A DNA stretch of 64,000 bases from Xylographa opegraphella (lineage: Eukaryota): positions 1-64,000 of the forward strand of contig JALDZX010000032.1 of assembly GCA_022813865.1 (NCBI GenBank). The letters are read 5' to 3'. A program made the translations under genes and the position numbers. Below the pieces are notes generated by a model that did no database searches, was not told the DNA's origin, and was given only the letters and a program-made list of their open reading frames with translations. Shown piece by piece: positions 63,819 through 64,000 of this stretch (within the stretch, counting starts at the first letter, position 1; each line of letters opens with the position of its first letter).

Positions 63819-64000
63819 TCGTGACTGCAGCCAGCTTCCCGCCTCATGTCTGTGCTCGAATTCTGTAAGTGCTTTTACGCTCGTTACTACTTTGACTTTG
63901 TATAATCATGTATCTGAGGTATTGCTTGACCTTTTTACCTATGAAGCTTTATGTAGTAGTACCATACGTCCTGCCCTCAATTGTGTATGCTGTGAACCTC

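Overview
Gene-dense, intron-rich fungal (Pezizomycotina ascomycete) chromosomal segment; the finer lineage cannot be fixed from sequence alone. Bases 1-~1610 are an AT-rich, RIP-like degraded repeat block. About 22 mostly conserved housekeeping genes follow: SET2, an AT-hook protein, CBF5, a Der1-like derlin, LYS9, KIN17/RTS2, STE12, MID1, COQ8, UreF, SIS1, FAP7, HAM1, a sucrose/alpha-glucoside transporter, a ZUP1/Mug105-type peptidase, SES1, Rheb, WAPL, uracil phosphoribosyltransferase, ELF1, a URG1/URC1-type GTP cyclohydrolase II-like gene and an F-box gene. The most unusual elements are: (1) a ~3.2 kb USP-like gene broken by one frameshift and one in-frame TAG (31052-34257); (2) a 410-nt derlin intron with a perfect hairpin and an internal acceptor leading to a stop; (3) a secreted protein with tandem repeats ending in putative protease-cleavage motifs (60614-61237); (4) three start/stop-overlapping uORFs in the sugar-transporter leader; (5) linkage of UPRTase and URG1. 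All gene models were spliced by eye from GT/GC..AG and CTRAY branch signals. Family calls rest on recognised motifs, not on database searches.
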